Of a DNA stretch of 64,000 bases, positions 31,990 through 48,089 are shown piece after piece. The position numbers and the translations under genes were made by a program. The stretch is from the human T2T-CHM13v2.0 reference genome, Homo sapiens. The first letter of the stretch is position 1; every line of letters begins with the position of its first letter. The stretch lies in NCBI RefSeq assembly GCF_009914755.1, contig NC_060926.1. One strand, given 5' to 3'. The notes beneath the pieces were generated by a model. That model was given only the letters and a program-made list of their open reading frames with translations, made no database searches and was not told where the DNA came from.

Positions 31990-32096
31990 CTGAGGCGCAT
32001 GCTCTGGAGCGGGCGCCGCCATCTTGCCCCTACGCGGAGCCGGAGAATGCAGATCTGAAGATGGGGAGGAGAGCAGAGCGTGGTGGCACGGTGAGC
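31990..32096 (+). promoter_or_regulatory. Small CpG-rich patch with a perfect YY1 motif and a downstream splice donor
   Basis: GCCGCCATCTTG at 32015-32026, NRF1-like GCGCATGCTC at 31995-32004, donor ACG|gtgagc at 32090/32091. Confidence 0.5.
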
Positions 32097-32610
32097 TCTA
32101 GACTTGGTCTGGTCTGAAGCCAGTTCATTATTTGGCAAAAAAATTATTACGTTCCCACCTTCTGGACCCGTTTGTTTCTCATTCCAGGTTGAGTTGGTTT
32201 TGGTTACTCTCCTCCCCGTATCGCATTTTGTCTTTTCTTCCTAATAACTCCTATTGATTGGATATTAAATGTCCACGATAGATCCTCTTATTTTCTCATC
32301 CATTCTCTGTTATCACTTATCTATTTGTCTTTCTGTTCTGCTTTCTGGGAGATTTCCCTGAGCTTATGGTTTAACCCTTTTAAGAAAAAGCATGGGGGAG
32401 GGGTATCATCATTTTTATTTTTAGATTCTCTTTTCCAGTTGTTCCTTGTTTTATTGGCATCTGAATGTTGTTCATGGATGTGATGAAGTCCTACTTCTCT
32501 GAGGATACTGATTATAATTTTTAAAAGTTATCTTCTAGTCCCTGCATTATCTCCTTGATGTTTCCTTTCTGTTTGTTTTGATTTCTGCTTCACCTTAAAG
32601 CTTTCCTTCA

Positions 32611-32936
<326 letters not shown>

Positions 32937-34664
32937 CTAAAGAATCCATTTAGATTTAAGTGTGAGACACTAGAAAGCTGATCTGATGCTATCGGGGCAT
33001 GGAAGGGCTCAGTTTGGTGGCTTCTCTGCTGGGGGAGGAGGCCAGCCAGATTTTTCATAGGAACTCCTAAATGTCAGGACTTGAAGATCCTTTCCCTGGG
33101 GGCAGTTCAGTTTCTCTAGAAAAAGAACATTTAACCTCATTCCTAGGGCGTGCGAACCTGGCTGCTGTGATCACATGTAGTTCATTGCTGTTCTGTTTTC
33201 ACCATGGTCTCTCATTCCCGCTCTCTTTTGCTTGGTATTTCCAAGCTGAGAGTTTCTCTGGCTCACTTTCTTCAGAGACAGAGAAGTCACCTGTCAGACG
33301 AGGTGAACCACAAACCCCTTTGGTCTGGCTCCTATGTCAATACTTTTGTGTTGTTCATTGTACTTGCCGTGACCCTTAGTTCCTCCTTGAGAGAAGTCAC
33401 TCATTAATTCATCCATTCATTCACTCAGCATTTATATGGAAGAATGTAAGAAGCTGAGAAGCCCCTTTGAACCTTGCCCCTAAAGAGTCATCAATTTCTT
33501 CAAAGCCCCTCCATCCCCTAGTTTGCAATGAGGAAGGGGCTCAGGCTCTTCAGCCAGGCTGGGGAACAGATGACTGTTTATTTAGCACCTACTCTGTGCC
33601 AGGCACAGCACTAGGTGCTTTATCTACTTTCTCTCATTTTGCTAATCCTGTTAATCCTCTGCAGGTAACTGTTATTATAGTTATATTTTAGATGAGAAAC
33701 TGAAGTATAGAAACTTCAATGCTAAGAAACAGGCCTAGGATTTCAACTCAGGCATGCCTGAGTCCAAAGCTTGTGCTCTTTCTTCATATAAGGCTGCTTC
33801 TGCTGGATATACTTACCTCCATTTTAGAGAAAAGGAAACTGGGGTGCAGCGATGTTCCTTATACATTCTGAAGAATTCTTGAGGCAGGCTGCAAGAAGCC
33901 AAGGCCTCATGTGTGGGAGATAGAGGGCATATGCAGGGAAGGGCCCATCATGCTGTGTCCCTGATGTCCCAGGAAACTCTCCCATCAGGAGAATTTTTTA
34001 TAAGGAAGGGCAGGCAAGGACCACAAAGGCCAGCATGGAATAGTTACTAACAGCAGCCAGCTGTGGAGAAGGAAGGTGTTCCAGCCTTGTCTGTTTGATG
34101 GGGTGATTCCACTATCTGAGGATCTGCTTCTCTCCCTCTCCCAGCTGCCAACAACTGGGAGCCCATTCACTAGATCCATCCAGAGGGGTAGTTCTGGATG
34201 AAGAAGGGTCAGTGCAAGGTCCGAGGGTCTCAGAGGGTACGGAGGGAGGCAATGATAATTTCCTTTTAAAAGGCAGAAAAAAGTGTGTCTTCTCAAAATG
34301 CCAGGGGAGACTTTTTTTGCTTGGGTCTGGTATGTTTTCAATAATGCTATCAAATTAAAAAACAGTCGCCAGACCAGGGGAAAACGCTATGCAGTCTCCT
34401 AGAGAATGGTGTCATAATTTAAATTTGACCAGAGAATGAAGATCCAAAAGTGATTTCATTCAGAAGAAAAAATGCCTAAAAGGGGAAAGTAACTTTGAAT
34501 TCTGAGAATTGACTCCTGCAAAAGGAGCAGGGTATAGCCGAAGATAGTCACAGGAACTATGATAAGAGCAGGCACATGTGAACATTTGTAGTAAACACAC
34601 CCTGCATGTGGCAGGAGAAGCTGATGTGAACAAAATCAACTGCTCGAGGTTTTGCTTCATCAGT

Positions 34665-34670
34665 TTTATT
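34665..34670 (-). terminator. Distal polyadenylation signal AATAAA of MCFD2
   Basis: tttatt on the plus strand. GU/U-rich sequence (GTTGATTTTGTT) follows downstream on the minus strand. Confidence 0.75.
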
Positions 34671-35417
34671 GGTCATATATCCAGAATTCATCATATATAA
34701 ATCTTTCAAAATAATGAGCTATTACAAGAATAGTTTACAAGTCAGCTCTGACTGCACAAATACTTGACACAGGAAACCATTTTTACAAATACATATGTTT
34801 TCTTATAATACTGTAATAAAGAAAATAAGTCTGTATACATCCTACGACAAATTTTGTAGTCTCTTTTTCCCATTCAATCATCGTTTCAGGTTTTCTATTA
34901 CAGAACGTCCATCACATCCAATAAACCAAATTACAATCTGCTGCTTCTTCTCATTTTCAAATACTATAAAGATTCACACTGTTAAAGGGTTTTTTGGGTT
35001 CCTTTTCTAATCTTTCCTGATTTGAAAAGAATCCATGTATCTAGGCTAAAAGAGGTAACTTCAACAATATCCCTCTTGACTAGAACTTCTATCTGATTAA
35101 TCATTGTTTGGTGAATTATCTTTTCACTTCCTACTTAGGCTAGGCCAGGTGGTAGTTTTACCCCTGCTGATAAAGTCCTGACATTCCTAATAGTTCCTAA
35201 ACTGCAAATAAAAAACCCTAGAAACGAGTGAAATAGAAAAGAAAGCTAAACCACTATTGATTAGAGAACACACTCAAATTCAGGGTCTCTCCCAGGTTGA
35301 AGAAGACAGAAAAGCAATAAAGTATAAGGATGTGGCAGTAGTTGTATAAAATACTGAAAATCTGAAAGAGTCATCACTTAAGCCAGTAGTGTATCATTTC
35401 CAAAATGTCAGAGGATA

Positions 35418-35478
35418 CAGAATCTTAGACTCTGTGGCTAGGCTGAACTCAGAATCTCAGACTCTGTGGCTAGGCTGA
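35418..35478. repeat. 29-bp direct duplication (period 32) in the MCFD2 3'UTR
   Basis: CAGAATCT(T/C)AGACTCTGTGGCTAGGCTGA at 35418-35446 and 35450-35478. Confidence 0.9.
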
Positions 35479-35778
35479 CATTCTTATGCTGTGGCTTTGA
35501 AATAGCCTAATAAATATCCACTTGCCCAGAGCAAGTAATCATTTAGGCCAGGGGAACTTTACAGAATACTGACCATGTTTGCCTGAAGAGATAGGAACCA
35601 CCAGGGCAAACATTTGGTATTCACTCCACTTCACTGTTACTGAAAAGCATCCACTTGGCAAAGCCTGTTGTTTTACTTTTCAGGTGATGTGAATTAAAAT
35701 TAAGAAACTAGCAGTATTCTACTACAGTCAAGTTCCTGAGTACTCAGCTCCAATTATCTAATATTCTTGAAAGGATGC

Positions 35779-37996
35779 TGATATGGTTTGGTTGTGTCCC
35801 CCCACAAATCTCAACTTGAATTGTATCTCCCAGAATTCCCACGTGTTGTGGGACAGACCCAGGGGGAGGTAATTGAATCATGGGGGCCAGTCTTTCCCGT
35901 GCTATTCTCGTGACAGTGAATAAGTCTCATGAGATCTGATCAGTTTATCAGGGGTTTCTGCTTTTGCTTCTTCCTCATTTTTTCTTGCCACAATGTAAGA
36001 AGTGTCTTTTGCCTCCCACCATGATTCTGAGGCCTCCCCAGCCATGTGGAACTTTAAGTCCAATTAAACCACTTTTTCTTCCCAGTCTCGGGTATGTCTT
36101 TATCAGCAGCGTGAAAACGGACTAATACAGTAAATTGGTACCAGTAGATTGGGACCTGCTGAAGAAATACCCAAAATGTGGAAGTGACTTTGGAACTGGG
36201 TAACAGGCAGAGGCTGGAACAGTTTGGAGGGCTCAGAAGAAAACAGGAAAATGTGGGAAAGTTTGGAACTTCCTACAGACTTGTTGAATGGCTTTGCCCC
36301 AAATGCTGATAGCAATATGGACAACAAAGTCCAGGCTGAGGTGGCCTCAGATGAAGATGAGGAACTTGTTGGGAACTGGAGTAAAGGTGACTCTTGTTAT
36401 GTTTTAGCAAAGAGACTGGCAGCATTTTGCCCCTTCCATAGGGATTTGTGGAACTTTGAACTTGAGAGAGATGATTTAGGTTAACTAGCGGAAGAAATTT
36501 CTAAGCAGCAAAGTGTTCAACAGGTGACTTGGGTGCTTTTAAAGGCATTCCCTTATAAATAAGGGAAGCAAAGCATAAAAGTTTGGAAATTTGCAGCCTG
36601 ACTATGCAATAGAAAAGAAAAACCCATTTTCTGGGGAGAAATTCAAGCCAGCTGCAGAAATTTGCATAAGTAGCAAGGAGCCTAATGTTAATCCCCAACA
36701 CCATGGGGAAAATGTCTCCAGGCCATGTCAGGGCAGCCCCTGACATGTGTGTGCAGCCTAGGGACTTGGTGTCTTGTGTCCCAGCCACTCCAGCCATGGC
36801 TGAAAGGGGCCAACATACAGCTCGGGCTGTGGCTTCAGAGTGGAAGCCCCAAGCCTTGGCAGCTTCTATGTGCTGTTAAGCCTGCAGGTGCACAGAAGTC
36901 AAGAATTGAGATTTGGAAACCTCCGCCTAGTTTTCAGAAGATGTATGGAAATGCCTCAATGCCCAGGCAAACGTTTGCTGCAGGGGAGAGGCCCTCTCAG
37001 CGGCAGGGGAGAGAACCTCTGCTAGGGCAGTGCAGAAGGGAAATGTGGTGTGGGAGCCCCCACACAGAGTCCCTACTGGGGCACTGCCTAGTGGAGCTGT
37101 GAGAAGAGGGCCACCGTCCTCCAGACCCCAGAATGGTAGATCCACCAACAGCTTGCACCGTGCACCTGGAAAAGCCGCAGGCACTGAACAACAGCCGTGA
37201 AAGCAGCCAGGAGGGAGGCTGTACCCTACAAAGCCACAGGGGCAGAGCTGCCCAAGACCATGGGAACCCACTTCTTGCATCAGTATGACCTGGATGTGAG
37301 ACCTGGAGTCAAAGGAGATTATTCTGGAACTTTAAAATTTGACAGCCCTGCTGGATTTCGGACTTGCATGGGCCCTGTAACCCCTTTATTTTGGCCAATT
37401 TCTCCCATTTGGAACAGCCGTCTTTAATCAATACCTGTACCCCTGTTGGTATCTAGGAAGTAACTAGCTTGCTTTTGATTTTACAGGCTCATAGGTGGAA
37501 GGGACTTGCCTTGTCTCAGATGAGACTTTGGACTGTGGATTTTTGCGTTAATGCTGAAAAGAGTTAAGACTTTGGGGGACTGTTAGGAAGGCATGATTGG
37601 TTTTGAATAGTGAGGACATGAGATTTGGAGGGGCCAGGGGTAGAATGATATGGTTTGGCTATGTCCCCACCCAAATCTCAACTTGAAATTGTATCTACCA
37701 GAATTCCCACGTGTTGTGGGAGAGACCCAAGGGGAGGTAATTGAATCATGGGGGCCAGTCTTTCCCATGCTATTCTTGTGATAGTGAATAAGTTTCACAA
37801 GATCTGATGGCTTATCAGGGGTTTCCACTTTTGCTTCTTCCTCATTTTCTCTTGCTGCCATGTAAGAAGTGCCTTTCACCTCCCGCCATGATTCTGAGGC
37901 CTCCCCAGCCATGTGGAACTGTAAGTCCAAGTAAACCTCTTTTTCTTCCCAGTCTCGGGTACGTCTTTATCAGCAGCATTAATACAGACTAATACA
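35779..37996 (+). mobile_element. Full-length THE1A-type MaLR (ERVL-MaLR) retroelement: LTR-internal-LTR, antisense within the MCFD2 3'UTR
   Basis: Two 351-bp LTRs (35779-36129 and 37646-37996; TGATATGG...CTAATACA), 1516-bp internal region, purine tract before the 3' LTR, 5-bp TSD GATGC at 35774-35778 and 37997-38001. Confidence 0.95.
36224..36484 (+). pseudogene. Disrupted remnant of the THE1/MaLR internal ORF
   Basis: Peptide GSEENRKMWESLELP...GNWSKGDSCYVLAKRLAAFCP is typical of THE1-int. It is broken by stops and frameshifts. Confidence 0.7.
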
Positions 37997-38029
37997 GATG
38001 CTTGAAGCAAGCCCTTGTCCAATAAGGTA

Positions 38030-38035
38030 TTTAAT
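38030..38035 (-). terminator. Candidate proximal polyadenylation signal ATTAAA
   Basis: tttaat on the plus strand, ~205 nt after the stop codon and just before the THE1A insertion. Confidence 0.5.
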
Positions 38036-38238
38036 AGCACTTAGGGACTATTAGATGTCCCATTTCTCTTCTCTTTCATTTCTCTTATCTCTTCTCACCC
38101 CAGTGTAACGAATCGCTACAGGTTTTTACCAAAATGCTGCAGCAGTAGTTGGAAATGAGTTATTTTGCATTACTAAAGTGTTCAATCACATTATCACGGG
38201 TCACATTTGTATATAACCAGGAGATGGCCAAATAACAT

Positions 38239-38370
38239 CTACTGCAGTGATTTTGCAAATTCAGCATAGTCAATGTATCCATCATTGTTCTTGTCATCAT
38301 CTCTCAAAACACCATCTATTATGTTAATCAGTTCATCTTCACTCATTAGTGGTGCCTGTTCACTCCCTTC
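38239..38370 (-). CDS. MCFD2: MCFD2 last coding exon (gene exon 4): [43 protein letters not shown], second EF-hand
   Basis: Translated by hand (not in the ORF track). Acceptor ttgtag|GAA at 38371/38370, EF-hand loop [12 protein letters not shown], stop TAG at 38241-38239. Total CDS 441 nt = 146 aa. Confidence 0.98.
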   Translation of the reverse strand, partial: EGSEQAPLMSEDELINIIDGVLRDDDKNNDGYIDYAEFAKSLQ

Positions 38371-39248
38371 CTACAAAATACAAATTAGACAATGATGAGT
38401 TGCGCATTTTACCGGAAGAAGTGCTTAACTAACGTCCAAAATATCCATGTTCTTTCATGGCACTGTTTATTAAAAAAAAAAAAAAAAAAAAGGAAAAACA
38501 AAACAACAAAATATCCACGCTCATATGTGTCCAAAAACTTTCAATGGAGTATGGGGCTACTTCTAGGAATCTAGATATATAGAGAGAGAATATGTATTAT
38601 TGAGTCAATTTATCATAATCCAGTTTAGAAATTACATTTGCCAGTTAAAAGAAGGCCCTTCAAAATAGGCTTTTGCTTATTTGTTTCATTATGGCTCATT
38701 CTTCTTTAATTGGAAAAGTGCCAGTCCTCCTGAGGGTCAGCTCTGTGCACAAATTTGCCTGATAAAATAGAAACAGTGACGAATTGGACAACAAGTTGGC
38801 ATCAAAACAAGAGGAAGAAGGCACTGCCGATGAGCAGAACCTGTTATGATCTTTGAGGAGAAAGTATTTCCCATGCTCCAAGAGCAGGGTTAGTGGGCTG
38901 AGGCTGTTCACATCCTTGGCTGGTTCTTCCTTTGCCACATCTCCCACATTCACCATTCCCTCTCCTGTCACCACCACTATCCTCATCTGCCAGGACTGCT
39001 GACCCCTAATTCCTCCGCCTAACACTAGTCTCTCCTCATGTCCTTCAGTCTGTCTCCCACAACCAAGGATCTTCCCTAAACAATGCCATTCTCCTGTGCA
39101 AAATCATTCATGCTCCCTGCTGCCTTCAAACCTCACCTGCACTCCTAGCAGCGAATGTAATCCCACTCACCTGGCTAACTTTGCCTTGCTTCCTCTCTAT
39201 AGAGGGCAGTGTGGCAGAAGGGGAATGACATTAAATGTGGAGGCACGA

Positions 39249-41339
<2,091 letters not shown>

Positions 41340-41798
41340 TTAAAAACAAAGGATAACCGAGTATAATGCGTGAGGCTAACTGGCCCAAGACAAAAGCTGC
41401 AACAAATGATTCAATGTTTGAATGTGTTGATTTAAAAAAGGTCTTGTTATAGTCAAGAAACCTTAGCTATTTTCTGGATTCTGCTACTATGACTGTGTAT
41501 GTGTACCTGTGTGTCTATTTGTATGTGTGTGTGTCTGTCTGTGGTGAAAAAAAGGAGAGACCGGATTCAGACAAGTAATGTGCCCCATTTGGGCCTAAAG
41601 ATCTTCCACCTGTGATACAATGATGAAAAAAGAATACCTGACTTATAGGTGGCAATAAGGAATAAGAATCATCCTTGAAGAATGTCAAGGAGCCATAGAA
41701 ACAGGAAGAAGGAAAGGAGGACTGAGCATGCCCTTGCCGCTGGCTCAGCTGCAGATGATGGGGAGGCCACTGGACCACAGCCCGGGCTGAATACGTAC

Positions 41799-41947
41799 TC
41801 TTGGTCGTGCACTGTGTTCTTATCCAGGCCCATGCTGCCGGGTTGGGAGAAGCTGGCTGCAGGCTCCTCAGCCCTGGCGCCTGGGGCACAAAAGGCCCAG
41901 AGCAGGCCACACAGGAAGGGGGTTCTGAGCAGGGATCTCATGGTCAT
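41799..41947 (-). CDS. MCFD2: MCFD2 coding exon 1 (gene exon 2; exon spans 41799-41953): MTMRSLLRTPFLCGLLWAFCAPGARAEEPAASFSQPGSMGLDKNTVHDQ(E), signal peptide and N-terminal region
   Basis: Recognised MCFD2 N-terminus in ORF 41669..42022. Acceptor cag|ATATTGATG at 41954/41953, ATG at 41947, donor GA|gtacgt at 41799/41798. 149 coding nt. Confidence 0.98.
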
Positions 41948-43533
41948 CAATATCTGTGAGATGGGAAACACAGAAGAGGAAGGCAGAGCATCAGAGCAAA
42001 GGTTTCGTTCAGGGCTTGACATGGTATGATCCTGGGAAACCTGATGAAGCAGTAAGGTTAGGAAGAGAGCTTGTCAAACACGGCCCAATGCCAGCTCTGC
42101 TTTGAGACTGTGGGATGACCCTGGGCACTCCAAGTCACTCAAATGGCAGGGGAAGGCTCACGAGGTTTCCTGAAGTGCCTGCAGAGTGCCAAGCAACACG
42201 TGAAAGCTTGAAGGGACTGGAAGATTATTCTTGCCTCCCAGAAGTTATGGTCCCCTGAAAGAAATATTTTCTATCAAGAGCACCAGGAAAGGCAGCCAGC
42301 AAGTTATATCAGATTATCAGAGAAAGCGAAAACCCTCTAGGAGTTCAGGGGAAGAAATCTCCTCCGAGTGGAGGAAAATCAGAGAAGGCTGATAGAGCTG
42401 GTGACACTTCAGCTGGGCCTGGACAGATATGCAGGGACTGAAGGACCACAGGAATGGTGGGAGCAGAGTGGCAGGTGCCCACAAGCGGGAAAGAAACTAC
42501 AAGTAGTTCAGCTGGGCTGCAGCCTAGAGGGTAGGAAGCAGACAGGACAGAGGTGGCTCCAAGGCCTAGACAGGCTGTACTGGACAGGGCTTTGCACACT
42601 AGGCCAGGGCTTGACATCTCCTGCAGAGAAAGACAGGAGAGTCACTTACAATTCATGAATGGGAGGTGAGATCAGAGCTTGGTTTCAGAATGACTCATCT
42701 GGCAGCACAGTGGGGAAGGCATGAAGTGGCAAAAGCAAGACTAGAGGCAGGAGCATGGTAGCCAAGGGAGTGGTAAGGCGGGTCAGATCAAGGTCTGCGG
42801 CAGCGGACAAGGTTCTGTACCTCCTGGGTGGTAACAGTGGCAAGTAACTACAGTGAGCGGGCACTGGAAAGAAAAGTTACAGAGAAATCAGGATGCCATC
42901 AGGAACTCCCAGGGTTTGGCCACACTTGGAATTGTGGTCAATAAGATGACAGTCAGCTACAGAGCAAGCTCTTGGAGGGCAGGGAGAACTTTAACCCCAC
43001 CAGTATTACCCGCCAAGGGTCAGGCAGGCCTTTAATAATTGTTGATTCAATGGAAAGTCTTGGTCTGTCCTAGGGCTGACAGACTGACCTCAAAAAGGAA
43101 GGTGAAGGACAGCCAGGTGACCTACATACAAAAACAAAAGACCTGACCGAACACTCACTTCCCAACAGGCAAAACAGATTCTGCTAGATAACAAGGCCAG
43201 GGATTTCTAACAGGTCAATTGTAGTCCACAGCCCCAAACCAGCAGTGGTAAAGACAAACCATAAGGCACTGGTCATCCCCTTTACATGCTACACACAGGG
43301 CTCAGCTCAGAAGCTGTAGCTGTCTTTGTGCCTGGGGCTGAGAGGTAGAGGTGTTATAGTCCCTCTTACCCATCCTAAAAGGCTCTCAGGGCAGAACCCT
43401 GAAAGTGTGAGTATGCCACCCTACAACACTTAGAAAAATTTCCCAAATCCGTTTTTCCCATTACCAGTATTGCTTCCCATGGCCCCCTCCTTAAAGGGGA
43501 CAATAGTCACTGGGATGTCTAACTTCCAGGATA

Positions 43534-46160
<2,627 letters not shown>

Positions 46161-48089
46161 TTAGAAAAAGAGAGAGAGAGAGAGGAAGAAAGGAAAGAAG
46201 GCAGGCGAGGGAGGGAAAGATAGAAAACAGGGAATCTAACTGCCACCTAACAAATTAAACTGCTGACAGTCAAGAGAAAGCATAAGCAACTCCCTCTACC
46301 CAAATAACAGGTTGCATCATCCATGCTCTAACTACTTAGCTCAAGGCCATGGGCTAACAGCCTGAAGATAAGCCCCAGCTCACTGGCCTTCTTTAGGAAA
46401 TTATAAAGGCCAGGCTGAAGAAAAACCCAACGGAGGAGAAATTTCTGCAAAGGGACTTCAGGGCACAACCCATACCTTGAGACAGCCCTCACAAGGCGCA
46501 GCCTCAGTCCTGGGAGGGCAGTGCTGGACCATCAGGAGCAGTGCGCCTCCCAGTGCCTTGGCTGTCACAGTGCTCCCCTCCTGCTCTGCCAGCCTCTTCC
46601 TGTACCACAGCCTCCGCTCCTACTGGTTCCATCTGTCCATCTCCAACTTCCTTCCAGGACAGGTTCAAATGTCACCTCAGGATTCTTCCAGCCAAGACCA
46701 ATTGCTCTCTCATCCGACCTCAGTCTGTAGCCTCTCACACTCATTTGACCTGAACATACGATCACAGGTTGTTCTCCTTTTCCATTTTTCTCTTTTCCTC
46801 CCTCTCTGAGAGTCAGGACCCTCTCTCCTCTGGCTCTCATTTACCTTACTGATCTCTGCTGAGCTGACCTGGCTCATCGCTGAATCAGGGAAGTGAGTCT
46901 TGGCACCTAGGTGTATTGTTCCCTATCCCACAGCGGATCTAGCCTAAGCTGGAACTTCCTTTGGAGGCTTCCAGTGGTTTGACCTGGCCCAACCCTTTCT
47001 TCCTGGTGTGTCATCAGTCCTATCAGCACTAAGTTTGGGGCCAGCCTTCCTGCCAGCAGCTAGTAGCAGCTTCTCCCTCAAGGGGCCCTTGGTTAAGAAT
47101 TCAAACCCAAAGCAGCCAAACTCACCAACATCCAGACATCCTGTACCCACAGCCAATGCCAAAGAAAAACTGACCAGTACTTTGTCACTTACCCCTGTCA
47201 TGGTCCTGGAATGAAGGCAAGAAAATAACCAACTTCCTAAGCTAAAGAAACCTCTACACGGACTGAGGGTTGAGAATTGGTTCTGAAAAAGCAGGCATTT
47301 AATATTAATAACTTGATCTATTTGTTCATCTAGGGAGCCCAAGGAGCACCCATGCTGCATTTATACATTTAATGACCGTACTAACAGCACAAGGTACTGA
47401 AGATAGTACTATGACCTCGACAAACTCCTCTCACACAGATTACAACCTGGTAGAAAAGAGAGACCGGCAGGCAGACACCCATGGGGTACCACGAAATCCC
47501 CAACTGACACCTGAAATAACACATAAAGGATAAGAAGGATTATTTCAACCAAAGGACAGTGCCTCAGACATAGCGAACATACTGAAGGAACATGTAAGCC
47601 CAGAAGGAACTTGTTCTGATCTAAGAACCAAAAAAGATTCAGTATGGTTGAAGACACAGTACAGTCGAGACAAATGAATCTAAAGTTAAAGGAAGACAGG
47701 TCATGAAGGGCTTTGCAAGCCCCGTTCAAGAGCTTGGAAGAGCAATGAGAATCCACCAAAGGGTGATAAGGGAATGGGGGGACGCTTCTGGTCACATGAT
47801 CAGATTTCTGTTTTAAGACCATGGCTGTAGCCTCTCTGTATAGAACAAACTACAGAGGATGAAGAAGAGATGCAGGGATCATCAGGAAGACACCGAGGTA
47901 GTCCAGAGAAGAAAAGGTGGCCTGAACTAGGTAGGGCAGGGGGATGGGACTGGAGAATGAACGTATCCAAGACAACTTTGCAAGGGATTCGATGTGGGTG
48001 GGTAAAGGAGTGAAGCAAGTGAGAATGATGCCCAATTCTGGCTTGGGCACCCGGGTGGATGGCCATGCCCAGAGAGGGAATACAACAGG

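Larger units (their letters stand above)
34645..38238 (-). other. MCFD2: MCFD2 long 3'UTR (~3.6 kb)
   Basis: Runs from the stop codon to an AATAAA at 34670-34665. Length agrees with the ~4 kb MCFD2 mRNA as I recall it. Confidence 0.8.

Noticed and set aside
38392-38460. ATGATGA box C-like motifs near MCFD2 exons (also at 41620)
   Set aside because: They are on the strand opposite to the host transcript and lack a properly spaced D box with terminal stem, so no snoRNA is supported.
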